Below are positions 1 to 12,974 of a DNA stretch of 64,000 nt, piece by piece. Origin of the DNA: Lytechinus pictus (taxonomy: Eukaryota); assembly GCF_037042905.1 (NCBI RefSeq), contig NC_087246.1, forward strand, positions 6,574,001-6,638,000, read 5' to 3'. Each line of letters starts with the position of its first letter. The first letter of the stretch is position 1. Under the pieces are notes generated by a model. That model made no database searches. It was not told where the DNA came from and was given only the letters and a program-made list of their open reading frames with translations. Both the position numbers and the translations under genes were made by a program.

Positions 1-926
1 ATATACAGGGAGCTAACATTTTGTTACCCGATGGGGTACGTGGTGTGAATTAATTCAAACATCACCTTGATGTATTCTGACTTTCCACCTACCATACTCA
101 ATCAAAATCGAATCATTCGCAGTCCTTCCAACCACCATTGGCAATGATGGCCTACTTTAAGTACTGATAGATGGTAGAACAACAACAATTTTCTACTATT
201 TCTTCTTATCATTTTCCTCATCCCACCTACTCATTTTTTGTTCCTCGTATTCTTACACACTGTCCTTCTTTTTCTATTTCATTATCTGAGAGTTCTCTTT
301 TTACTCCAGAACGAAAGCAAAACATAACAAATTAGGGTGAACCTCCATGGAAAGATATAGAAAACAAGTTAAAACCTTTAAGCATGAAAGATACCGAAAT
401 GAACTTAACTCACTACATTTTATCTAAAACACACTATCTTGGGACATACCAAAAAAGTCAAATTTTAACCAAAGAAAAAGCGCCTGGTGCAATATTTCCC
501 TGATGGAGAAAGTGACCAGAATAACAACCAGAAACTCATTAAACAAAAGGTTTGAACTGATTCAAAAGTGAAGGAACCGAACGAGACCGAACATGAAACC
601 ACTGTAAGCGTCAAATTTACCCGCCACACCACACAAATAGCCAATAATGACAGTCTGCCTGAAGATCCCCTTAAGGAATGGCGTTATACCTCCGCGGAGC
701 TCCGGTTGTACACGTTCAACAGGTATGAATGCATATATATATTTATATATATATACATATATATAAATTTCCCTCTTCAAAATATTCATGAGAATCCTAG
801 ATAAACGATTGGTCAATTCACGATCATGTGACAAAGTATAATTCCAATAGGAAAGCACATCGCTGCAAATAACTCCGTATAATTTTCTTCTAGCTCCGGA
901 TATATTTCGATATACTATCATGGGGA

Positions 927-1550
927 GAACTGCGCATGCTCATGCTTGATATGTTCCCTCAACGTTGAACTGCGCATGCTCCCTGACCCGATATCTGCAA
1001 AAATAAATAAACAAAATAAAATACAAGCTCTCGCTAATTACCGACAATCTGAGAAAAAAAAACGGCCTTTCATACAGGATTATTCAAATTATACCGTAAC
1101 ATGTAACAGGGTGAGTCAAGATCCGTCATAAGTTAGCCTGCGTGTTTACAATTTGATTTTGAGTGCAACTGCAGCGGCGCAGGGCAGCGGACCTCTCAAT
1201 AACTGCCGTCGGGTATTAGCCGCGCGCAGCCTACCCAGGAACTGGTTAGCATTAGCTCGACAGGCCTACATTGTTCTAGGACTAGGTCCGGCAACGTGAT
1301 AATTGGTTTAGATTGGTAACAAATCAGCAAGGACTAGGTCTACAAGTTAAAGAGGGATATAAAACAAATATACCAAATATGAATAATTCCCACTATACTT
1401 TCTCAAATTTTGATGAAACTTTTTTCAATTGTTCCTCTCATTTTACTCTTTCCAATAAGAGTGCTCCTCTTCTTGGGTTTTGGTTTCCTTTAATGGCAAT
1501 GCGCATTTAGCCAGTAAGCCCTGCGCATCTACATTTACTAAGCGCATGCA
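927..1550. promoter_or_regulatory. Putative promoter-proximal region with NRF-1-type GCGCAT motifs
   Basis: GAACTGCGCATGCTC occurs twice (927, 967), with more GCGCAT at ~1500, 1523 and 1542. Locally CpG-rich at 1170-1290. Donor-like CAGG|GTGAGT at 1111. Confidence 0.4.
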
Positions 1551-1717
1551 TTGAATCTTAATTTCTATAATGACGTCACCTGTTCCTGACACTTGCAAGG
1601 TACATTATGGATGGTACGTGTGCAACGGTATGTTTGACATTCAGCCTCCCATTTGCTCGCGTACAAGCTAAGTAGGCGTTGTACAATTTACTATAATAAC
1701 AAGTGAACGTCCTATCA

Positions 1718-1825
1718 TACAATATTACTGGACCTCGTGCAGGTCTATTTCACCTCGGCCTCGGTGAAATAAACCTGCACTCGGGATAATTGTATATTTG
1801 TCGTACTATAATCCAGTATATTGTA
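1718..1825. repeat. Palindromic element, possibly a non-autonomous transposon remnant
   Basis: Inner IR GTGCAGGTCTATTTCACC / GGTGAAATAAACCTGCAC (1737-1780). Outer IR TACAATATTACTGGA / TCCAGTATATTGTA. Confidence 0.7.
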
Positions 1826-2124
1826 CAATAGATTGTACACTATTTATATGATACATGTATGTAGGTATATATATATATGTTTGTACATATATATATATAA
1901 ATATATATATATACCTCTCCTACTGTCTTCTTTCGTTTCCCCTTTATGACGTATCCTTTTCGTCATCCTTTGTGCGCTTTTGCTCACTGTTTTGGATACG
2001 CGCATCTTTATGATTGCATTATTTTGACGCAATCTAATAAATTTGTCATAACAAAGCCCTATGGGCGAAAATTCGTTAAAATATTACTGTCCACGGAGTT
2101 TTTATACTATTCATTGTTTGAACC

Positions 2125-2128
2125 TATA

Positions 2129-2197
<69 letters not shown>

Positions 2198-2310
2198 TAT
2201 ATATATATGTTTGTGTGTGTGTGTGTGAGGTGGTGGGGTGTGAGCGTGCGAGGGTTGGTGTGCATGGGTTGGCAAGGGTATGTGAGAGAGGGTGTGTGTG
2301 GGTGTGTATT
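2125..2310. repeat. (TA)n microsatellite followed by (TG)n-rich tract
   Basis: Directly visible. Other (TA)n tracts at ~1865-1912, 3268-3322 and 10625-10700. Confidence 0.95.
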
Positions 2311-3012
2311 GTGAATTCGTGTAATATTAATTGTATATCATTTTCGTCCGATATTGAATTTGCCTTTATGCTACCACCCCACCCCTCCCACATTAAGATA
2401 AAAAATAATAATAATAAATAGAATAAATGAATAAATAAATCTAGTGAAAATAAAAAATAAATTAATTAAAATATGTAAATAAGAAGAAATGAAATGAGAT
2501 TAGTATTTGCATCTATTTATTCTCCGAAATTCGCAAAATGTATAAAATAACAGGTAAGAAACAAATATATATATACAATATATAACATAAACAAATGTAT
2601 ACCAAAGAGGCATGAGGATAATGAAATCGGAAGGACATCCAGTAAATGAATTAATAAATAAATTAATAAAGAACAAGCACATGAACAAAAATAACAGCAG
2701 TTATATTTCTATTTAATATAATAACATTTATATTTACGCATTCCCTTTAACCATGTCCATATGAGGGGAATCCCTACTTGAGCCGCAATGATAACAGAAT
2801 AATAAATATGTAATAATTGTAAATACACTCGTTGAATCATATCTCTCAAGGATGCAAAAATTATTTTATTATTTTCCCATTCCTAAATAACTTCTTAGAT
2901 TCATTATTTGCTTATTTCAACAGTTCCCTTAAGAATCCCATGAGCTTATCACTTACTTTTTACATTTTTGTAACATAATTCATATATACTGTATGTATGT
3001 ATATTTATTTAG

Positions 3013-3117
3013 TATAATAGGGTTGAGCGAGTTGCTTGGATGTTAAGTTATACAGCCTGTTACGGGTGTAACAGTAGTACAACTAAACACCTAAGCAACT
3101 CTCTACTCCCTATTATA
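3013..3117. repeat. Imperfect ~105-bp hairpin (mini-MITE-like)
   Basis: TATAATAGGGTTGAGCGAGTTGCTTGGATGTTAAGTT mirrored by AACTAAACACCTAAGCAACTCTCTACTCCCTATTATA. Confidence 0.7.
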
Positions 3118-3264
3118 TTACATGAGCTCCTATATATACATGTGTTTTAGCACTTTAAGAAACTGCAGTTTTATATAGTCATATTCTTTTTACATATACT
3201 AAGCTCCTTTGAAAATCTACGATTTTATTTCTACGGTATTTACTAAACCATTTATAATTAATAT

Positions 3265-3324
<60 letters not shown>

Positions 3325-5060
3325 ACTTAGATTAAAACCGACTGATATCTTTAATATCTTTAAAATTTTGTTTATCATTAGTTTTATTTTTATTATCGTT
3401 TTTGAAGATTGTTTGCTTGTCTTCGTTAACTTCTTTATCTACGATCTAGGTTAGATATGAAACAAGTGCCATGAAATAGCGATCACTTTTAATTTAGATA
3501 AGTTTGTCCTTTCTAAACAGTTCGCTTTAGTTAATATCTATAGTTTGTTGTCATTTTATAATGAGGTTTCCTTACACTAGGGACGATCATATTTCGAGAG
3601 GGAGGGAGACACTTCAAAAGAAGTCTTATTGCATGGAGTGGGGGTAGGGATACCAACGGATTATCTTTTAACCGCGTTATTATTAGATTGCTTAGAGCTT
3701 TATGGAGGAAACAAATTACTTGATATTCTTTGTGAGTACTTTACGGAACATTGTCCTTTTTTGGTTCCTTTTTATTTTGAATATATTTTTATTAGTGCTG
3801 CATGCTGTGAAGGGTGTTCATGAGAACCGATAATTCATTAAATCACTCTTAGCTCACACAAAATATGAAAAGTCGAATCTTTCATCATTTTATCCATCAA
3901 CTACCTAGTCTATATACCTGATAATTCGTTGTCTAACACAATTTATTCAAAATTGCGTGGTAAAGGAAATCTGGTAAATGGTCTGAGCTTCCATGACATA
4001 TTACCCATGTCATCTGATACGATTAGTTAATTCTGTCCAAATTTACCCGATCCACATTACCACTTGACGACCCTCCCATTGAAACACTAAGAATACAACT
4101 GGGATCGGTCTCATTAATACGATCAAAAAGTTTAACAAAGAACATTTTGGATGGGTGAGACCATGGCTTCAGTTTTTAACAAGAAAACACAAAACCTTCT
4201 AAAGATGGGATAAATCCAATATGTAATAAAATTCTCAGACATAAGCCTTGTGGGATGAATTGATCTGATAGCGATGTGTCAGACCATGACGTTGACTAAT
4301 TACAGTCGGCCGTCTTCTCCATAATTATTTTGAGCAATTTATCAGCGCCAGCATATCATCGAAAACATCTTCACCCTCTTTCTCTCTGTCTCCTTCATTT
4401 CTCAATTTCATCCTCTCTCTGTCTCTTCCTCTTTCTGCTATACCCCCACCCCTTCGCTCATTCTCCTTTTTTCTATCTTTGTGTACATTTTAGTTTTGTT
4501 CAACCATTATTCTGGAAGAAATTTAAGATCAACTGGTTAAAACAGGAATACACCATGTACAAGCTTCCCACATTATTCTGCGTGTGTGCATCTAACAGGT
4601 TGTGGAATGGTCTTTTCCAATTCGTACGCTCTTGTGATTAGTTATCAAAGTTTTCAGATTAATTAAGGTAGAAAACAACTCATCATTATTTCATATTTTC
4701 CAGATACCGTCATGAATAGCATTTATTTGATGATTTCCAGTTTTTTAGAGTGCAGACATGTTTTATACTGCTGTTGATTTTTTAGGAGTATCACCCTCAC
4801 TCATATAGCGACGCATATAGAATCGTTTTGGACAAAACTTATGAAGTGGAAAAGTTATTTGCTTGATAATCTCAAGTCATAGAGGGCATATTTTATTTGG
4901 TTTAAATTTTATTACGATATCTGACATTTAATTTCTTCAGTGAAATTGTTTGTTTTCTGCGTTTCCTTCATTCATTACTTTATGTAACACTTCTACACAG
5001 CTTCCGTAATAAAACTTGGATATTGAAAACGGGTATAAACACAAATCTTGAATATAATTC

Positions 5061-5746
5061 TTTTTGTCTCACCTGCATATAGCAGACTAAGACTATAGGC
5101 GCCGTTTTTCCGACGGCGTCGGCGGCGTCAACATCAAATTTTCAATGAACTTTGGCCAATTTGGGGGTATTTGTTGAATTACCATCATAACCTTTGAAAT
5201 TTATGGATCTGATTCATATAACTTAAACGTAAGTCTAATTAAGTAACACTAAAAATCCTGTGCGAGTTTCAGGTCACATGACCAAGGTCAAAGGCCATTT
5301 ACGGTCAATGAACTTTGGCCAAGTTGGGGTATTTGTTGAATAACCACCATAACTCTGAAAGTGTATGGATCTAGTCCATAAAACTTGGACATGAGAGTAA
5401 TCAAGTATCACTGAACATCTCGTGCGAGTTTCAGGTTACATGACCAAAGTCAAAGGTCAATGAACTTTGGCCATGTTGGAGGCAATTCTCAAATTTCTGT
5501 CATAACTTTCAAATTTTATGGATATATTTTATGAAGTGTGGACATAAGGGTAATCAAATACCACTGACAAGTCTTAGGTCACATGATCATGGTCAAATCT
5601 CATTTAGGGTCAATGAATGTCGTATTGTATCATTATATGAATGGTGTTTTTGTGAATAATTATTTTATAGTAGTTTTCAAAGTCAGCAATGCTGCTTTAT
5701 TGAATGGAGTTATGCAGGTGAAACTGCCAGAGGCGCTCCACCTGTT
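5061..5746 (+). mobile_element. Helentron-associated interspersed element (HINE/DINE-1-like) with an internal ~155-bp tandem array
   Basis: T-rich start. Subterminal IRs GTCTCACCTGCAT (5066) and ATGCAGGTGAAAC (5712). CGGCGT microsatellite near the 5' end. Tandem units marked by TCAATGAA at 5142, 5305, 5457 and 5610. Confidence 0.7.
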
Positions 5747-5892
5747 ACGTTTAAATATCTAGATATAACTCCTGATTATGGACGTTAAATCAAATAAGGA
5801 TATGCATTGTTTCAGGGCTTAATAATGGACGCATCTATTCTTAAAAACAATCAACTTGAAAATGGCGAGAAAGGGAAATGTTTTACCGGATA

Positions 5893-6510
5893 TTAAAAAC
5901 CAAGTCCACTCCAGAAAAAAATGTTGATTTTAATAAATAGAGAAAATTCAAACTAGCATAACGCTGAAAATGTCATCAGAATCGGATGTAAAATAAAAAA
6001 GTTTTGACATTTTAAAGTTTTGTAAAAAGTTTTGCTCATTTTTGACAAAACAGGGATGTGCACAACTAAGTGGCATGCAATTAAGACAGTCGATGATGTC
6101 CCTAACTCACTATTTCTTATGTTTTTTATTGTTTGAATTATACAATATTTCATTTTTACAGATTTGACAATAAGGTCCAACTTAACTGAACTATATAGTA
6201 TTAAACATTGCTAATTCCACATGTTCAGGTAGGAATTAATCGGTTTTTTTCACTTGACAATGAATAGAAAATTTCATATTTCATATGATGAAATACAAAA
6301 GAACTAGTGAGTGTATGATTTCATCAGTCTCCTCATTTGCATACCGATCAGAATGTGCATATAACTGTTTTGTGAAATTAAGCGAAACATTAAAATGTCA
6401 TAACATTCTTATTTAACATCCGGTTTTGATGAAATTTTCAGTGTTATACTTGTTGGACTTTTCTCTTTTTATTCAAATCAACTTTATGTTGGGTTTGACT
6501 TGTCCTTTAA
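5893..6510. mobile_element. MITE with TTAA ends and ~130-bp imperfect TIRs (Kolobok-like)
   Basis: TTAAAAACCAAGTCCAC...GAAAATGTCATCAGAATCGGATGTAAAATAA mirrored by TTATTTAACATCCGGTTTTGATGAAATTTTC...GACTTGTCCTTTAA. Confidence 0.8.
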
Positions 6511-7309
6511 AGAATAACGATGCCCCCTGAGTGGCAAAATTATGAGTGAAATATGATTGATAATGAAATCCTATTGGGGCTATTAATGTCGGAAATCAAC
6601 AGCAAATTGTCTACTGCTTTAGGAAATGAAACTATATTTAGAACGATTGGGTTTACCTGCACATCCCTCGTCGAATGTTTTTTATATGCCATATGTTCTC
6701 GCTGACAGTCTGTTAGCTAGGTCAAACCAGATTACACTTATTTGGAGTCGTGAACATCAACATTTGTCATCTGTTTAAGTTGTCAGATCCGACAAGTATA
6801 CCTGATTTCGATTGGCTGAGAAGCATGTTACCATGGTAACTATTGGATAAAACAGGACTTGTCGGATAAAATTTCCAACAGGTCCTTTCGTGATACTTGG
6901 ATAGCTCGACAAGATAATCGGGTCAGTTTACTCTACATTAACATAAATCTTATTTTTATACGATGCGATTATTTGGATACGGCTCTCTAATACTCATGTA
7001 GGAAACCAGAGCGATTTTGATAGATCAAGTAAAATTAGGCCCTAATATTACTCTGGTTTCCTACTCTTATATTTTGGCCTAAATGTTCATTTTAGAAGGA
7101 AGCCACATCACCCTGATCTTGGCAGATTGACCCTGATAACCATGCTAAGTTAGAACAGTATTTCAACATAATATCTGATCGGTCCTAACTGACTTTAAAG
7201 ATCAGCAATATGCTTCAAGCCATGTTTCTACTCCGAAAGTAGGGATTGCAGGCAGGTTGATAAACAATTTGTTTGAACTCATCATTGTTTCTTACACTGG
7301 AATATAATC

Positions 7310-7442
7310 TGAGGCCCGTAACACAAAGCTTAGCAACAATTGTAGAACATGTTTTTTCTCGATAGATTGCATCGAATACAACAACATAATCGTAACAATC
7401 AAGCGTATGCTTTATCGCTAAGTTTTTTGTTACCGGACCCTG
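7310..7442. mobile_element. Small degenerate MITE
   Basis: Imperfect TIR GGCCCGTAACACAAAGCTTAGC / GCTAAGTTTTTTGTTACCGGACC. Confidence 0.55.
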
Positions 7443-7485
7443 AAAAGAAAAAAAAAACCCAAAAACAATGACAATATGTGCTTAA

Positions 7486-8425
7486 GGACGTTCCACAGTT
7501 ATGTTTTTGCGCATTATGATCTGCGCATAGTTTACACTCTGCGCGCTGACGTCACAATGGATGAACAGGTGATTAATTAGCTGCGGGTATGAGCTGATTT
7601 TTCTCATCTTCTGCACTTTAACTGCAGATCCGATGCGTTATTTCATGAAGCTAAAAAATTGAATTATTCCATGGATCATTCAAAAAAGAAATTCTCTACA
7701 ATTTCAAAATACTTCACTCTGCAGTGCTGCCAAGAATCACGAATATTACCCCCAGTTTGAATAAATGGTAGAGTGGTTTTGATTTTTTCTTCACATAGAT
7801 ACAAAGCATTCGGCTCATTTTTGGTGTTTTAAAAAGCACATTTGCTCTAATAAAAATACTGATAGTTTAAAAACAAGCACATGAACCCCTATTTTTTAAT
7901 GTTTGTACCTCTTAGGTATACCTTCGTCTACAACTCTGCAAATTTTTTGTGAAAATGACATGGATTTTGAATAAAGTGCAGCATTTATTGTACTTTTGTA
8001 GTTTGTTACTGAAATTTCACATTTTTTAGATTGGAAGTTTATCTTTTACGCCATTTTTAAGAACTGACAGTGCTGTTAAACTTAAAATTGCAAACAAATA
8101 GCACTATAAATATATTCTCCATTCTAACGACACAATTATTAACTCTCTTGCGAAATTTGATGCCTTTTTCGATGTATGTATTTTGACTGAGTAATAGAGG
8201 TTTAAACTCATTGTAGTTATCTTGGGCGGTCTAAAAATGCCAAATTCTTTTTAATGCGCAATTCTTAAGAACATCAATTTGGGTGAACTTTCAAGCTCTA
8301 TAGCAAAAAATCAAGCACATGGACCTATGCTGATTTTTGCATATTTCGAATATTAAGGTTCTAAATTATCTATGTGCAAAGTTTGGTGAAAATGACATGG
8401 ATTTCACTTTAACTGTGGAACGTCC
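7486..8425. mobile_element. Non-autonomous DNA transposon with TTAA TSD (Kolobok-like)
   Basis: Perfect 16-bp TIR GGACGTTCCACAGTTA / TAACTGTGGAACGTCC, with TTAA at 7482-7485 and 8426-8429. Confidence 0.88.
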
Positions 8426-10552
8426 TTAAATCGAATTACAAAGAAATTCGATCAAGAGAGTATTACAACTCAACAAGCCAAACGCTTCATGAGGCATCTA
8501 ATCTTTGATATTTTTCTTTAACCGACTTGCCTTTAGTCAAGTAAATGCAAGGAATTTGCCAGCTTATAACTGTTTGTTGGTAAAAATCAGTGACAGACTG
8601 TCGCATGGTGAAATGTTATCCTGGAGCTAAATAGTTCGCGATTTTATTCCACTTCATCTTAGTGGTAAATTATCATCCATCCATTGAATTCACACCTCAT
8701 TGAGTTTGCTTGAGCCTCTCTAGAGATCCTGTGCAATAGTCTTTAAAATGCTTGTTGCGCTCGAATGCTTCAGTGGTTATTTCAGAAGGGATATCCTCTC
8801 ACAACCACCGCAAAACGATCCCAATACTTTTTTCATCCTCATTATGGTTCATCTATCCTACTTGAAGATGAAAGCATCAGGGTATCGTTTCAATATACCC
8901 TAGCATCTTTATAAGATCATAATAGAAAAGCTGTTTCACAATTGCCCCCTTGGAGCAAAAGAGAAGACATACAATAGCTCCCCAAGTTGAGACCTTCTTG
9001 ACAACATCATAGTGCTTCATTGGATGAAACGTCGAGAACCTGAACCATCGAAAATCCCCCTTTGGCGGTAAGACGAACCTATATAGTCTCTTTACCCAAA
9101 CATTTTATTTTTCTTCTGTGTTCATTATTTTGTGATTCGTTGTGTCCAATCAATCTAGCATATTTATCTTTAACAACTTCTCTGATCTGCTTAATGATAA
9201 AAGAAATCAAAATTTCATCCTGACAGATCGTGAAATGAATTATAGAGCGTACTGCCTATATTTGATGAACCATTTTCTTCCTCTCAAGTTTGATGTTTAA
9301 TTTCAAATTTTTGACGATTGTTTTAGGGAAAAACCCCTGTTAATTTAGAGGATTGTCTTCCAGGGTTCAACACTTGACTACATTGCAATATTTTATTGAA
9401 TCAAGAGGAGGCGTGACAGGAATAAACTTGAAAATAATCTTGATCAGGAATGGCGTATGGTTTTGTAATAAATCTCCTTCGATGTAGAGGAGAAACATGA
9501 TTATTGATAGGGAGAGTATAGGGAAGAGGCCCTAACACGATGACTTGATTGTACCGAAAGGTTTAAGATTATTAAGATTATATATAGAACTGAAAACAAC
9601 TCAGAATAGCAATGTGGTAAATCAAATAATATTCAAAAGAAAAACTCCCCTGTTCCACAAATCCACACACTCGCACTCCCTCAACTTAAACTCAAACAAT
9701 CAAACATCCCCCCACATAAGTTTCATTGGTTATAATGATGATGATGATTATTATTCTTCCATTTCGTTTAATATACAGAACATCTTCCTACGAATAAAAG
9801 TAAGTGCGATTATATTATGGTTCAACTCTGCTAACATATCGAATTTAAACTTGACCAGCTTTCATTTTTTGAAGTTAAATCATGGGTTTTAGATGATTTT
9901 TTTTTAGTTAGAGGAAACAGTGATATGTAATTAAAATTGCATAACTTTCAATTAATTCCGTCTCCTTTAAATAGCGTTAACGTATTTCTTTATAATACAG
10001 TTTCCTATCATTCTATTACTTTTCTAAGCCTAAGATTTAATAAAGATATCAAAGGTAAAAAACAGGTGAAATAACGATGATTACTTTGCTCAGCTTCACA
10101 AAATTTCCCCTTCCTGAGGGAGTTGTGGCATGATCTTTCTTTGAGAGCTGCATTCATGTCTTTCATAATGCTTCCATGGGGCCGAGTCGTAACAAATATT
10201 ACAGTCCGTTTGTGATTCTTGCCCATTATTGACGTTGATATTAACATTTTGGTGAAAATTTTGAATGATACGTTTATATTTTCTGAGTCATCACGATGAA
10301 TAAACGTAAATGTTCCAAATAATTCCTTTTAATGATTTTAGGTAAAAATGTTGAAATGTATGTTGATTTGTATCTTATTTTCGCACGTATCTTATTTTTG
10401 CATTTTCGCATGTTGGATCACCATAATATTTTCCTAATTATCATAAAGTTTATGAAGTGATCAAAAGTTACAAAGGGGTCTAATCGAGAAGTGTTTTACG
10501 AAGAATTAAGTTGAACTATGGGTAGTAGCGTGAAATTAAAAATGGAACACCG

Positions 10553-10622
10553 CGTGGGCGAGGGTGGAAATATAAAGTCCCCTCAAAGGTGTGGGGACAC
10601 AATTTAGATAACAATTTTTCTT

Positions 10623-10684
<62 letters not shown>

Positions 10685-10847
10685 TATATGACATATATAT
10701 TGATATATCGAGTCGAACCGATACTTTTTTTTATATCATAAAAGATCACAAATTGTGGGGGACAAGATATAGTGTCCCCCCCTTCAAAAGATGGAGGACG
10801 CGGCCCCACTGCCCCCTCCCCCCCCCCCCCTGGGATTTCCGCCCATG
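10553..10847. mobile_element. MITE (same terminal family as 50472-50782) containing a (TA)n tract
   Basis: Right end GGGATTTCCGCCCATG. Degenerate left end CGTGGGCGAGGGTGGAAAT. No clear TSD. Confidence 0.55.
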
Positions 10848-12229
10848 CTTGTTCAAGGAACGCGTGCTTCTACGTATAAATCAATGAGACTGAGTATTAA
10901 ATGTCATATGAAAGTTGGCACGTAAGTGTAACTTTAATTCTCACCAAACACTTTGTGAAACGACAACCAAGGGTGTGTTTTCTCAAATTATTTATATCTC
11001 GACACCTTAAAATAGACGTTGAACTATAGGTAATGAGACGGCTTTAACATTTTGTTTCCATTGTGTGCCCATCAAAATCTTATTCCATTATCTTGTCTAT
11101 TTTCATCCTTGGGCTTTTACAAAAAATATGGCAAAATCTTAACCACCTTTGCAGGTCAATCCAACACCAATTGCTATTTTAGTCGTTGCTACCCACCATT
11201 TAATCGCCCCAGCATCTAACCTTACCTATCCAACAATATACCATGTTCCGAGTTCGCTCATAGAGATGAGTTAATCACTGATATTGATATCTTGTTGGAG
11301 CTGTTACAGCTACCATACAGTACCCTTTTCCCTTGGCCTGTCTCTGAAGTCCAATAGATACATTTGATCTCGGTTTTGCTCTCTATTTAGTGTTATCTGT
11401 CAAGCTTTATACTTTTCCCATCGAGAAGATTCCCGCCTCAATCGCCCAAAGGGATACGTATCATGAAACTGAAGTTCTCCTCTTCCTCTCCCTCCCTCTC
11501 CCCCTCTCTCACCGTCTCTCTCTCTCTGTCTGTCTGTCTCACATATAAACCCTCAAACGCACTTCCCCCCCCCCCTCTCTCTCTCTCTCTCAACCTTTCC
11601 ATTTCTCTTTCTGTCACCACTTTCCCTTCCTTTTCTCTGTACTTTATAATAGTGTCTTGGGGGTCCATTTCCATTTCAAACCCCATCCTTCCTCACCAAT
11701 CCATATATTATATTTTCAGATACATCAACATTTCATACCAATTAAAATCAAATAAAGTCTATATATAATGTATCAATCTCGTTTAGTTCATGAACATGCG
11801 GTTATGAAATACTACACTACAAGTAAAATAAAGATGAAAATATTTGAAATTGTACATGTATTAAGTATTGACGTCTCCTGCACGTCAATTCTTTCCATTG
11901 TATCTTATCAATGACCGTGTATCTTTTATTCCGTAATATCCATTTATAAAGAGCAATTAACTCAGACGGTGACGACATTACATTTCTTGTTATGACTAAT
12001 TATTGTAAATCAAATTCCTTTTGCCAAAGATATTTTTGAAGGGGCTGCAGATAAGGAAAATGCTCGGGAGAGGAAATAGGGGTTAAAGGGGAGTAGGGGA
12101 ATGATGGAGGGGAGGAAAGGAGGGGGTTAAGAAGGTGAGGACACAGGAAGTGATGGAAATGGAACTATAAATAAAGGGAGAATGAAGAAAGGTTGTATCG
12201 TAAAGGCAGAATGCCCCATATTCTTTGTA

Positions 12230-12298
12230 GACCCGGTCAGGATTCGAACCCATGACTTTCCGTTCATGAGTAGGCTGATACGTTTGCCAACTGAGTCG
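12230..12298 (-). mobile_element. tRNA-derived SINE head or tRNA pseudogene fragment
   Basis: Minus strand reads GACTCAGTTGG (A-box-like) ... GGGTTCGAATCCTG (B box). No intact cloverleaf seen. Confidence 0.5.
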
Positions 12299-12570
12299 TC
12301 AAACCTGGTAAACGATCATCAAGTGAGTTAAGTAGTAACGGGATTTCGAAAATGTAAAGTTGAGAAACCTTTTAGTGCAATTCGCCATGCATTTAATTTG
12401 TCATATGCACGTCAATCCGTTGAACGATTCCTTGACGTTTTCCCCAGAGAGAATGGCAAGGACGCTAATTAAAGAGCATTGTAATTAAGGAAAAGAGTTT
12501 GCATCGTTGATTGTTGCAGCCCGGTTCTCCTATGACGTGTACAATGTTCGTTATTTCTTATGGGAAGAGT

Positions 12571-12974
12571 TTAAAGATAAATTCCAGTTCTGGTAACGAT
12601 CTCAAAATGACTTTTTACAGAATCTTATATAATGACCACCCAAGTGTCTGTTTGTATGAATAAAAAAATATGTGCCAAATGATTCTGGAAGAAATTGTGT
12701 GATTGCTGAGAAATAAGCAAAATAAGCGCGGATTCGGTCACTTCCGTCGGGTCTTTATTCCAGCAATAAGAATACACTGTCCCACGTGCGCCTATCTGTG
12801 TTGACGATCTTCAGTGTGATCGTATTTCAGCTTAGATTTTATGATTTCACAAAGTTCAGTTTATGTAACTGTACCAGATCTAGATCCACGATGATATAGT
12901 CATACTTAACCTTGGTTTTACAGACTTTCTCACGAAATTAGTGTTTTACTGCAACTTCTATCATTTAGCTTTAA
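12571..12974. mobile_element. MITE with TTAA ends (Kolobok-like)
   Basis: TTAAAGATAAAT ... ATTTAGCTTTAA short terminal inverted repeat. Confidence 0.55.

Noticed and set aside
9024..9073. Possible short first exon MKRREPEPSKIPLWR|gtaaga
   Set aside because: Too short, no recognisable homology, and no partner exon found.
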